Below, piece by piece: positions 1 to 8,316 of a stretch of DNA of 32,000 bases. The stretch is from Archaeoglobus fulgidus DSM 4304. Lineage in GTDB: Archaea; Halobacteriota; Archaeoglobi; Archaeoglobales; Archaeoglobaceae. The position numbers and the translations under genes were made by a program. Numbering within the stretch: the stretch's first letter is position 1; every line of letters starts with the position of its first letter. The stretch spans positions 1,470,001 through 1,502,000 of the forward strand of contig NC_000917.1 in the NCBI RefSeq assembly GCF_000008665.1, read 5' to 3'. Under the pieces are notes generated by a model. The model did not search any database. It was not told the origin of the DNA and saw nothing but the letters and a program-made list of their open reading frames with translations.

Positions 1-83
1 CAATCCCGCTGGAGGAGCATGCAAAGCAGCATCCGGAGCTACAGGCCGCTCTGGAGAAGTGGGGCAGGGTTACGCCAATCTAA
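1..83 (+). CDS. 3' end of a gene that starts upstream of the window; the C-terminal peptide resembles an archaeal form III RuBisCO large subunit
   Basis: The frame is open from the window edge and reads IPLEEHAKQHPELQAALEKWGRVTPI, then TAA at 81-83. The ...ALEKWG.VTP. ending matches my recollection of archaeal RbcL C-termini. Only 26 codons are visible, so the product call is tentative. Confidence 0.4.
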   Translation, partial: IPLEEHAKQHPELQAALEKWGRVTPI

Positions 84-85
84 AA

Positions 86-100
86 TTTTTTAAATTTTTT
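86..100 (+). terminator. Two T6 runs immediately after the upstream stop codon (archaeal oligo-T termination signal)
   Basis: TTTTTT at 86-91 and 95-100 directly follow TAA at 81-83. Archaeal RNA polymerase terminates at oligo-T tracts. Confidence 0.35.
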
Positions 101-1085
101 GAGTACTTTTACCGTGAACTGGAAAAAATTCCTTGAAGAGTTACCGGCAGGGGTAGCAATTCTGGATGAGAATTTCAACGTTTTACTGCTTAACAGCAGA
201 ATAGCTGAAAAGACCGGCCTGACAGCTGAAACCGTGAAAAATCCTCTGCAAACCGTGCATCCCGAAGACCTACCGAAGGCTATGGAAGCGTTTGGAAAAA
301 TCAGAGCGGGAAAAGAAGATGAGGTTGAATACCCCCTCCTCCTAAGGGTTGTAAGAAAGGGCGGTTACCAGTGGAACGAGATAAGGTGGAAGGTTGTTGA
401 GGATGGGGGGAAGAGGTACTATTTGTTTGTATTCACCGATGTTACCCAAAGGATTGAAATGCAGAAAAGGATCGAAGACCTTCTCGAGTACGTCAGGCTG
501 CTCAACAGCATTTTGAGGCACGACATTCTGAACATTTTAACCACGATAAGCTCCTACGCTGAACTGCTGGAGGATGGGTTCAACAGGAAGTTTCTGGACA
601 AGATAAAGGAGGCGGTATCCAAAGGAGTTGAGCTTATAAAGAAAATCCGTGAGCTTGAAACCTCAACAAGTGAGAGTCTGAGGCCCTTTAATCTGAGGGA
701 TGTCATCGAAGAGGCTGCGAAGGGATACGATGTTGAGGTTATTGTTGAGGGCAACGCTTCGGTTCTCGCAAACGACGGAATTTACAGCGTATTTGAGAAC
801 CTAATAGGAAACTCCGTGAAGCACGGAGGGGCAGGCAGAATAGAGGTTAAGATTGAAGCGTCAGACCGGGTTTACGTGGCATACAGGGATGATGGGACAG
901 GAATTCCGATAAATGTTGTGGACAGAGTGTTTGAGAAAGGGTTTTCCACGGCAGGAAGCACGGGAATGGGGCTTTTTATCGTAAAGAAGCTTGTGGAGAG
1001 CTTTGGAGGTGAAATCAGGCTTGAGAATTCGAACAGGGGGGCGAGGTTCGTCCTGACCTTCCCCTTACTCGAAAATCGAACCTAA
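99..1085 (+). CDS. PAS-domain sensor histidine kinase
   Basis: 328-aa ORF with an N-terminal PAS-like region and an H-box (LRHDILNILTTISSYAELL). HATPase_c boxes are present (GNSVKHGG, DDGTGIP, GMGLFIVKKLVESFGG). The start is TTG at 99 (alternative GTG at 114). There is no adjacent response regulator. Confidence 0.85.
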   Translation: MSTFTVNWKKFLEELPAGVAILDENFNVLLLNSRIAEKTGLTAETVKNPLQTVHPEDLPKAMEAFGKIRAGKEDEVEYPLLLRVVRKGGYQWNEIRWKVVEDGGKRYYLFVFTDVTQRIEMQKRIEDLLEYVRLLNSILRHDILNILTTISSYAELLEDGFNRKFLDKIKEAVSKGVELIKKIRELETSTSESLRPFNLRDVIEEAAKGYDVEVIVEGNASVLANDGIYSVFENLIGNSVKHGGAGRIEVKIEASDRVYVAYRDDGTGIPINVVDRVFEKGFSTAGSTGMGLFIVKKLVESFGGEIRLENSNRGARFVLTFPLLENRT

Positions 1086-1116
1086 ATTTTTTATTCTTTT
1101 AAACATTGTGTTGTTC

Positions 1117-1629
1117 ATGGTTGTGAAAAAGCAGATGACGAGGAAGTTTTTGGAGGATGCCTTTGCTGGAGAAAGCCAGGCACACATGCGCTACATGATT
1201 TTCGCAGATGTGGCGGAGAATGAAGGATATCCGAAAATTGCAAAGCTTTTCAGGGCTATTGCCTTTGCAGAGCTCGTTCACGCGAGGAATCACTACAGAG
1301 CTCTGGGCAATGTCGGCAGCACGGTCGACAATCTTCAGAAGGCGATTGAGGGTGAGAGCTACGAGGTTGAGGAGATGTATCCCGTTTTCAACAACGCCGC
1401 AAAGTTCCAGGGGGAGAGCGAAGCTGAAAAGTCCACCTATTACGCCCTGTCGGCAGAGAAAATCCACGAGGAGCTTTACAGGAAGGCTAAAGAGCTTGCG
1501 AGTCAGGAAAAAGACATGGAGCTTGAAAAGGTCTTCATCTGCCCCGTCTGCGGTTTCACGGCGGTTGATGAGGCGCCTGAATTCTGCCCAGTTTGCGGCA
1601 CAAAGAGGGAAATGTTTGTTGAATTTTAG
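1117..1629 (+). CDS. rbr: Rubrerythrin (diiron four-helix bundle plus C-terminal rubredoxin-like CxxC...CxxC)
   Basis: FAGESQAHMRYMIF, ELVHARNHY and EGESYEVEEMYP are diiron ligand motifs, and CPVCG...CPVCG lies at the C-terminus. Candidate starts are GTG 1108, ATG 1117 and ATG 1134. A TATA-like TTTTAAA at about 1096-1102 favours one of the two ATGs. Confidence 0.9.
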   Translation: MVVKKQMTRKFLEDAFAGESQAHMRYMIFADVAENEGYPKIAKLFRAIAFAELVHARNHYRALGNVGSTVDNLQKAIEGESYEVEEMYPVFNNAAKFQGESEAEKSTYYALSAEKIHEELYRKAKELASQEKDMELEKVFICPVCGFTAVDEAPEFCPVCGTKREMFVEF

Positions 1630-1663
1630 TTTTATTTTTTGGCTTTATCGTTACCACTCCTTT

Positions 1664-2428
1664 TCATTCCCACATCGGCTCCCTTTTCTCAAAGAAGGCC
1701 CTTATCCCCTCTTTAGCATCTTCCGTGGAGCTGTACAGTGAAATGGACTCTGTTGCAAAGGCCAATGCCTGAAAGTCCTCCATAAATAGCTGCTTGTAGA
1801 AGAACCTCTTTCCCGATTCAAGGACATTTAGGCTGTATCTCGCAACACTTTCGGCAAGCTTCATGGTTTCCTCCTCAAGCTTTTCATCCTCAACAACCCT
1901 GTTTACGAGCCCGAACTGCAAAGCTTCATCAGCAGTAATGAATTCCCCCGTGAAGCCCATCTCAAAGGCTTTCTTCCGTCCAACCGCTCTGCTTACGAAG
2001 GCTATTGGCGTGTAGCAGAAGAGGCCTATTTTTACACCGGGAGTTGCAAAGAGGGCGGATTTTGCCGCTACAGCCATATCGCAAGCTGCTACGAGTTGAC
2101 AGCCTGCGGCAGTGGCAACACCCTGAACCATGGCGATGTAGGGCTGAGGTGCATCTCTAATGGCGAGCATCGCCCTGTAGCACTGGTTGAAGAGTTTCTC
2201 AACCTCTATCGGATGCCTGTCGAGAATCTCTTTGAGGTCGTGCCCGGAGGAGAAAGCCCTTCCCTCTCCCCTAATTACTACGACTCTCACAAGCCTTTCC
2301 TCGGATATTTTCCTTATCAGGTCTTCAAGCTCTTGAAGAAGTTCGAGAGACAGAGCGTTTCTGGTTTCGGGCCGGTTTAGTGAAATTATCCCGACTTTCC
2401 CCCTTTCCTGGTACTTCAGATTTTTCAT
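1664..2428 (-). CDS. Enoyl-CoA hydratase/isomerase (crotonase) family protein
   Basis: 254-aa ORF with typical crotonase signatures (LNRPETRNAL, VVVIRGEGRAFSSGHDLKE, AMVQGVATAAGCQLVAACD). Confidence 0.85.
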   Translation of the reverse strand: MKNLKYQERGKVGIISLNRPETRNALSLELLQELEDLIRKISEERLVRVVVIRGEGRAFSSGHDLKEILDRHPIEVEKLFNQCYRAMLAIRDAPQPYIAMVQGVATAAGCQLVAACDMAVAAKSALFATPGVKIGLFCYTPIAFVSRAVGRKKAFEMGFTGEFITADEALQFGLVNRVVEDEKLEEETMKLAESVARYSLNVLESGKRFFYKQLFMEDFQALAFATESISLYSSTEDAKEGIRAFFEKREPMWE

Positions 2429-2459
2429 GAATGGATAAGGTTATGATTAATTAAAAAAC

Positions 2460-3695
2460 TTACTGAAGGATGCTGAAAAGCTCCTCCTCAGCCACAACAA
2501 CCTGCTCCTGCGTTTCGAGGTTCTTTATCGCAACTCTCCCACTCTTAACCTCATCCGGGCCGAGTATGACCGCATACTTTACCCCCATTTCGCTGGCAAA
2601 GCTCATCTGCTTTTTCAGATTTCTCCCCATCACATCGACAACAGCAGTGAAGCCCCTTTCCCTCAGCATGCTTGCAACCCTGAAGGCCTGGCTTTCCAGC
2701 CCCTTAAAGGAGACGACGGCAACAACACTCTTTTCTCCCGCTTCAACGCTGCAAGCCTCACAAACCCTGTCAAAGCCTATAGCGAATCCCGTCGAAGGAG
2801 TTACAGGCCCGCCGAAAAGTGAGGAAAGCTCGTAGCTCCCTCCACCGCAAACCTGCTTCTGCGCTCCGAGCCCTTCAGCGTAGCACTCAAATACGACGCC
2901 CGTGTAGTAGTCGAGCCCCCTCGCTATTCCGAGGTTGAGCGTGAAGTCCACGCCAACATCTCTGAGAAGTGCGGAAAGACTCTCAAGATGCCCGAAGTCG
3001 TAGTCAATAATCTCCTTGGCCTCTTCAATAACCGACTCGTCTCCCTTTAGCTCAAGCAGGCTGAAGATTTTGTCCCTCAAATCTTCATTGACCCTGATTT
3101 CGGCAAGGTAGCTTTCAAGCCCCTCCCTGTCCCCCTTATCAATCAGCCTCATCACCTTTGAAGCCCTATCCTCACCGATGGGCTTCAGGAGGTGCCTCAT
3201 GATGCCGACGTGGCCTATTTCAAGGCTGAAATTCACTCCCACATCTTTCAGGATTTTATCTGCAAGGATTATGACTTCAGCATCTGCGAGGTACGATTCA
3301 GAACCAATCAGCTCAACGCCGAACTGCCAGAATTCTCGATACCTTCCCTTCTGCGGCCTCTCGTAGCGGAAGCAGTTTGCGAAGTAGTAAAAGCGGAGGG
3401 GCTTTGGCATCACGCTGCACTCGTTTACAAACATCCTCATTACCGGAGCGGTAAGCTCAGGCCTTAGAGCGAGGTCTCTGCCAGATTTGTCCTTGAAAAC
3501 GTACATCTCCTCAATAATCCCCTCCCCGGACTTCCTCGTGAAAAGCTCGAGGTACTCGAAAGTTGGCGTTGCAACCTCCCTGTATCCGAAGCTCTCGGCG
3601 ATTTTTCTCATTCGCTTCTCTATTTCTCTCCTTCTCTCCATCTCGTCAGGAAGAAAATCTCTCGTGCCTCTGGGTCGTTCGATTTTCACGCTCAA
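2460..3695 (-). CDS. hisS: Histidine--tRNA ligase
   Basis: 411-aa ORF with class II aaRS/HisRS motifs (RGTRDFLP, ALRPELTAP, FRYERPQKGRYREF, CGGGSYE, GFAIGFDR) and a C-terminal anticodon-binding domain. The start is TTG 3695 or GTG 3689. Confidence 0.92.
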   Translation of the reverse strand: MSVKIERPRGTRDFLPDEMERRREIEKRMRKIAESFGYREVATPTFEYLELFTRKSGEGIIEEMYVFKDKSGRDLALRPELTAPVMRMFVNECSVMPKPLRFYYFANCFRYERPQKGRYREFWQFGVELIGSESYLADAEVIILADKILKDVGVNFSLEIGHVGIMRHLLKPIGEDRASKVMRLIDKGDREGLESYLAEIRVNEDLRDKIFSLLELKGDESVIEEAKEIIDYDFGHLESLSALLRDVGVDFTLNLGIARGLDYYTGVVFECYAEGLGAQKQVCGGGSYELSSLFGGPVTPSTGFAIGFDRVCEACSVEAGEKSVVAVVSFKGLESQAFRVASMLRERGFTAVVDVMGRNLKKQMSFASEMGVKYAVILGPDEVKSGRVAIKNLETQEQVVVAEEELFSILQ

Positions 3696-3762
3696 GCTTC
3701 GGCAAGGGTGTTTAAAAGGTTTTAGAGTTGAGCGAATTTGTGGGCATAAAAACTCAAAAAAA

Positions 3763-3770
3763 CTTTATTT
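3763..3770 (+). promoter_or_regulatory. TATA-like box (CTTTATTT) 20 nt upstream of ATG 3791; leaderless-type geometry
   Basis: An A/T-rich octamer ends 20 nt before the ATG and no SD lies in between. The same spacing is seen at 15622-15629 and 24847-24856. Confidence 0.35.
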
Positions 3771-3790
3771 GTTTGAAGCGCACATTCAGC

Positions 3791-5020
3791 ATGAACCTCC
3801 GCGATGCAATCTCCGTTGCGAATCCGGTTCAACTTGAGGAGGAAATAAAACACGATGAGGTAGTATCTTTCCTCAAATCGAAAAATCTGCTTGATAAGCC
3901 CGTAATTCTTAACGTTGAGGGGAAGAAGGTTGCCAAGAATTTTGTTTCGTCGAGGGAAACCCTTGGAAAGTATCTGGGTGTTGACGCTTACAGCATCGCC
4001 AGAGAGCTGTCCAAAATCGAGGACAGAGAAGCTGAGATTCGCGTTGAGCCCTTTTCATCTCTTGCGATGAAGAAGGTTGACGTCAACCTTCAGGAGCTTC
4101 CCGTCATCAAGTATTTCCCCCGCGATGGGGGGAGGTACATCACGGCCGGAATCGTTATAGCTCAGAGAAATGGCGTTTACAATGCCAGCATCCACCGAAT
4201 GCTCCTTCTTGATGAAAGTAGAGTTGCAGCCCGCCTTGTACCCCCGAGACACACTTATCTTATGTGGAGGGAGGCTGTTGAGCGGGAAGAGGAGCTTGAG
4301 GTGGCTGTTGTTATAGGCACCCACCCCCTCTTCCTCTTCGCCTCTGCCACAAGAGTTCCCTCAGGGAAGGAGTTCAGCTATGCTGCAGGCTTAATGGGGA
4401 GACTAACTCTCTACAGAAAAGGTGAGATGCTCGTTCCCGACTCCGAGATAATCCTCTTTGGCAGAATCACGGCTGAGACAGCTAAGGAAGGGCCTTTTGT
4501 TGACATCACGGGCACCTACGATATTGTGAGAGACGAGCCGGTCATAGTTTTCGACGAGATGTACGTAAAGGAGGATTACATCTACTACTCAATAACCCCC
4601 GCAGGAAAGGAGCACCAGATGCTCATGGGTGTGCCTTACGAGCCGGTCATTTACAGATTCGTCTCCAACGTGTGCAAGGTTAAGAACGTCATAACCACTC
4701 CGGGAAGCTGCCACTACTTCCACTGCGTGGTTCAGATTGAAAAGAAGTCTGAAGGAGACGGAAAAAATGCAATAATAGCTGCGCTCGCAGCGAATCCGAG
4801 CATGAAGGGTGTTGTGGTTGTTGATGACGACATCGACATTCTCAGCTACGAGGACATGGAGTTCGCCATTGCAACGAGATTTCAGCCGGATAGGGATCTG
4901 GTGGTGGTGAAGGGAGCGAGGGGCAGCAGCCTCGACCCCTCTGCCGACAAAACAACCTCAAAGTGGGGCATAGATGCCACAAAGCCCCTGGGAAAGGAAG
5001 GCTTCGATAGAGTTGTTTAG
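3791..5020 (+). CDS. UbiD-family (prFMN-dependent) decarboxylase, short archaeal form
   Basis: The ORF track gives 3728-5020. I prefer ATG 3791 (MNLRDAISV..., 409 aa) because of the TATA geometry. UbiD-like blocks are present: PRDGGRYITAGIVI, ASIHRMLL, EGPFVDITGTYD, VVVVDDDIDI, RFQPDRDLVVV. Confidence 0.8.
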   Translation: MNLRDAISVANPVQLEEEIKHDEVVSFLKSKNLLDKPVILNVEGKKVAKNFVSSRETLGKYLGVDAYSIARELSKIEDREAEIRVEPFSSLAMKKVDVNLQELPVIKYFPRDGGRYITAGIVIAQRNGVYNASIHRMLLLDESRVAARLVPPRHTYLMWREAVEREEELEVAVVIGTHPLFLFASATRVPSGKEFSYAAGLMGRLTLYRKGEMLVPDSEIILFGRITAETAKEGPFVDITGTYDIVRDEPVIVFDEMYVKEDYIYYSITPAGKEHQMLMGVPYEPVIYRFVSNVCKVKNVITTPGSCHYFHCVVQIEKKSEGDGKNAIIAALAANPSMKGVVVVDDDIDILSYEDMEFAIATRFQPDRDLVVVKGARGSSLDPSADKTTSKWGIDATKPLGKEGFDRVV

Positions 5021-5055
5021 CAAAGGGTTAAAAGGCTAAGAATAAAGGTGTGCCA

Positions 5056-6372
5056 ATGGAGGTTGAAAGAGACCTCGAAATGCTGGAGGATGGAAAGTTC
5101 AGATATTTTCAGAAAGCAGAAGATGAGCTTAGAGAGCTCTATTACGATTACAAGTGGTGTAATGGATGTGGAATTTGTGTTTATGCCTGCCCTGTCAACG
5201 CAATCGAGCTTGGGCCCGTTCACGATATCGCGATAGGGCTCGACATGCCCCCTGTGATTATAGACCACCTCAAATGCGCCTACTGCGGAATCTGCTACTC
5301 CTTCTGCCCATTCAACGCCCTTGATTTTTACATCAATGGAGAGAGGGTGGATAAATCTTCTCTAACTCTCTCGCCCGTGATGTACACCTACAAGTACGAG
5401 ACATGCAGAGAGTGCACACTCTGCTACAAGGTCTGCCCCACCAATGCCATTAAGAGGGAAGTAAAGATTACACGCCAGCAGATTGAGGAGAAGAACGAGG
5501 GGATTGAGGGGAAGGTTGAGATTGACAGGGATAAGTGCAATTTGTGCGGAATATGTGCAGAATTCTGCGAAGTTTTCAAGATGGTTGAGAAGGAGCCGCA
5601 CCCTGAGGATGTGATGCCCTACTCAGACATTCTGATTGACGAAACTGCCTGCGACTACTGCAAGCTCTGTGAAGAGGTTTGCCCTGAGGAGGCCATAAAG
5701 GTTGAGGGGAAGAGAATATCCTTCCAGCTTCCCGAAAAAATTGCCGAGATAACCATTGATCAGGAGCTATGCTCTCACTGCTCCTACTGCGAGGAGGTTT
5801 GCCCATACGATGCTGCGAAAACCATAAAGCCGATGGAAGGGAAGCTCGAGCTTTTTGAGGCGAGAATGGCTCGCTGCGATCCAGTAGGATGTGCAGCCTG
5901 CATAATAATCTGCAAGCACAACAGGGTTTGGTACGTTTCGAAGGATAAGGGAAGGGTGCACTTCAACGAGAAGTTCTGCATTTACTGCGGTGCGTGCGAG
6001 AATGCCTGCCCGTATGACCTGATAAAGGTCACAAGAAAGAGCTACTTCACCAAGGAGGTTGCAACAGACGCTCCCTGGAGAGAAGCTTGGGAGGAGGCTG
6101 TTGAGAGAATTGTGGAGAAGAGTAGAGTCGAGGAGCCGTTCAAGTTCTTCATAGAGGAGGAGGAGCTTGAGGTTGAGGAGGAGGAGCTTGTTGTTCAGCC
6201 AGTTGATGAGTTAAGGCTGAAGGCACTCCAGGAGAGAATCGGAGTTTTGGAGAATGTCTTAAAAAAGGCGAGGTATAGAAGGGCTCTGGAGAGCGGGGAT
6301 TCAGAGGTGTTTGTGAGAGGTGTTAAGCGTGCACTTGGAGAGGATAAGGGGGAGGAGAAGCAGAAAGCTTGA
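5056..6372 (+). CDS. Polyferredoxin with eight [4Fe-4S]-type cysteine motifs and an acidic coiled C-terminal tail
   Basis: Seven canonical CxxCxxCxxxC(P/E) motifs are present (CNGCGICVYACP, CAYCGICYSFCP, CRECTLCYKVCP, CNLCGICAEFCE, CDYCKLCEEVCP, CSHCSYCEEVCP, CIYCGACENACP), plus a variant (CDPVGCAACIIICK). SD AAGGTG at 5045-5050 favours ATG 5056 over GTG 5050. Confidence 0.85.
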   Translation: MEVERDLEMLEDGKFRYFQKAEDELRELYYDYKWCNGCGICVYACPVNAIELGPVHDIAIGLDMPPVIIDHLKCAYCGICYSFCPFNALDFYINGERVDKSSLTLSPVMYTYKYETCRECTLCYKVCPTNAIKREVKITRQQIEEKNEGIEGKVEIDRDKCNLCGICAEFCEVFKMVEKEPHPEDVMPYSDILIDETACDYCKLCEEVCPEEAIKVEGKRISFQLPEKIAEITIDQELCSHCSYCEEVCPYDAAKTIKPMEGKLELFEARMARCDPVGCAACIIICKHNRVWYVSKDKGRVHFNEKFCIYCGACENACPYDLIKVTRKSYFTKEVATDAPWREAWEEAVERIVEKSRVEEPFKFFIEEEELEVEEEELVVQPVDELRLKALQERIGVLENVLKKARYRRALESGDSEVFVRGVKRALGEDKGEEKQKA

Positions 6373-7534
6373 GAGGAAAAAGATAGTACTCGGTGTTACG
6401 GGCAGCATTGCGGCAGTTGAGACGGTTAAGCTTGCAAGGGAGCTTGTTAGGAGAGGGGCTGACGTTACAGCGGTGATGAGCAGGGCTGCAAGGAAAATTA
6501 TTCATCCCTACGCTCTCGAGTTTGCCACGGGGAAGAGAGTGGTCACGGAGATAACGGGGAGCATAGAGCACGTCAACCTCCTCGGGGAGTACGGGGATGC
6601 GGACCTGTTTCTGATTGCACCCTGCACGGCCAACACCATCTCCAAGATTGCTCAGGGAATTGACGACACACCCGTCACGACCTTCGCAACAACAGCTTTG
6701 GGCTCAGGGAAGCCGATAATAATCGTCCCTGCGATGCACGAGGCCATGATGAGAAACAAGGCAGTTCTGGAGAACATTCAGAGGCTAATTGACATGGGCA
6801 TCGAGTTCGTCCAGCCAAGGATAGAGGAGGGGAAGGCAAAGTTCCCAAGCACTGAAACGATCTGTCTGCACGTGGAGAGGGAGCTTTATCCGAAGGAAAT
6901 GAAGGGGAAGAGGGTTGTTGTAACTTCCGGTCCAACTTACGAGCAGATCGACCCGATAAGGTTCATCAGCAACAAAAGCTCGGGCAGAATGGGGCTTGAG
7001 ATAGCCCTTGAATTCTGGAGGAGAGGGGCGGATGTTGTACACGTAACCTCAAAGCCCTCCGGCATGAGCCTGCCGAATTACAAGGAGATAAGGGTGTGGT
7101 CGGTAGAGGACATGATGAAGGCGGTTCTTTACGAAATCGGAAAGGGATGCGACCTGTTTGTATCCTCCGCCGCTGCGGCAGACTTCATCGTTGACGCGGA
7201 AGCGAAGAAGATCAAGACAGCTCCTGAGCTGGTTTTAAAGCTGAAGGAGTCTCCGAAAATCATTAAGGAAGTAAGGAAGATTTACAGCGGGCACATCATC
7301 GGCTTCAAGGCCGAAACGGGCATGAGTGATGATGAGCTCTTGAAGGTGGCATCAGAGAAGATGGCCGACGACAACCTGAACATGGTTGTTGCGAACGACG
7401 TTCTTGAGAGGGGGATGGGGACGGAAGACACTAGAGTGCTCATTTTAACTCCGAAAAGGCAGGAGTGGGTTGAGGGGCTTAAGCAGCACGTTGCAGAGAG
7501 AATTGTTGAGGCTTACCTTGAAGATTGCCTATGA
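6329..7534 (+). CDS. coaBC: Bifunctional phosphopantothenoylcysteine decarboxylase / phosphopantothenate-cysteine ligase
   Basis: The N-terminal flavoprotein domain (KIVLGVTGSIAAVETVKLARELVRRGADVTAVMS, PCTANTISKIAQGIDD) is followed by a CoaB domain (VTSGPTYEQIDPIRFISNKSSGRMG, AAAADF). The start must be at or before 6335 to keep the GVTGS motif. GAGGTG at 6317-6322 favours GTG 6329. The 5' end overlaps the polyferredoxin 3' end by about 44 nt. Confidence 0.88.
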   Translation: MHLERIRGRRSRKLERKKIVLGVTGSIAAVETVKLARELVRRGADVTAVMSRAARKIIHPYALEFATGKRVVTEITGSIEHVNLLGEYGDADLFLIAPCTANTISKIAQGIDDTPVTTFATTALGSGKPIIIVPAMHEAMMRNKAVLENIQRLIDMGIEFVQPRIEEGKAKFPSTETICLHVERELYPKEMKGKRVVVTSGPTYEQIDPIRFISNKSSGRMGLEIALEFWRRGADVVHVTSKPSGMSLPNYKEIRVWSVEDMMKAVLYEIGKGCDLFVSSAAAADFIVDAEAKKIKTAPELVLKLKESPKIIKEVRKIYSGHIIGFKAETGMSDDELLKVASEKMADDNLNMVVANDVLERGMGTEDTRVLILTPKRQEWVEGLKQHVAERIVEAYLEDCL

Positions 7535-8316
7535 TTTTTGCACCTGCAAGCATAACCTGCATTTTTTCACCTCATGTTGACAGCAATCCGAAAAACTCGG
7601 GAAGCATCGGAGTGGGATTTACCATTGAAAGGGGCTTGCAAGCCTCCCCATCCAGAAAGACAACGATAAATGGGGAGGAGTGGAACTTTCCAACTCTCGA
7701 CGACGTTCTTGAAAAGGTGGGGCTGGAGGGTGTGGAGATAAAGGCTTCCCTCCCCTTCGGCTGCGGTTTTGGGATGAGTGGTGCTGCAGCCCTCGCCACT
7801 GCTGTTCTGGGTAATTTGGGCTACATTGAGGCTGCCGACATTGCCCATGTTGCAGAGGTGGAAAACTTTACGGGCCTTGGTGATGTTGTCACCCAAACCT
7901 TTGGTGGGGTGGTGGTGAGAAAGAGCGCAGCCTGCCCCTCAAGAGCAGAACTTGAGAGGTTTTTCTGGAATGCCGAGTTTGATTTTGTCGTCATGGGGGA
8001 GATTTCAACAAAGGATGTGATTGGGGACGAGCTAAAGCGGAGGAGAATCGGTGAGGCGGGAAAGCGCTGGACGAAGGAGTTTCTCAAAAAGCCCACTCTT
8101 GAGAACCTCTTCCACTGCTCCAATGGCTTTGCAAGAGAAACGGGGCTGCTGGAGCTTGTTGGCGATGCGGTGGAGGCTGTTGAGAGCGCTGGTGGTAAAG
8201 CAGCTATGGTAATGCTCGGCAAAACTGTTTTTGCGGTAAATGGGTTTGAAGCGCTGAAAGAATTTGGGGAGCCTTTCAAAGCCAGACTGGACTGCTGCGG
8301 CGTGAGGAGGTTGTGA
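7531..8316 (+). CDS. GHMP-kinase family protein, probable archaeal pantoate kinase
   Basis: GHMP motif LPFGCGFGMSGAAALATA and N-terminal APASITCIF. ATG 7531 overlaps the coaBC stop (ATGA). The position next to coaBC fits the archaeal pantoate kinase/phosphopantothenate synthetase route. The family is clear; the substrate is inferred from context. Confidence 0.65.
   Translation: MIFAPASITCIFSPHVDSNPKNSGSIGVGFTIERGLQASPSRKTTINGEEWNFPTLDDVLEKVGLEGVEIKASLPFGCGFGMSGAAALATAVLGNLGYIEAADIAHVAEVENFTGLGDVVTQTFGGVVVRKSAACPSRAELERFFWNAEFDFVVMGEISTKDVIGDELKRRRIGEAGKRWTKEFLKKPTLENLFHCSNGFARETGLLELVGDAVEAVESAGGKAAMVMLGKTVFAVNGFEALKEFGEPFKARLDCCGVRRL

Noticed and set aside
1208-1741. 177-aa alternative-frame ORF over rubrerythrin, and the 122-aa antisense ORF at 1099-1467
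   Set aside because: The rubrerythrin frame carries all diiron and rubredoxin motifs. The alternative frames are Arg/Ser-rich nonsense.
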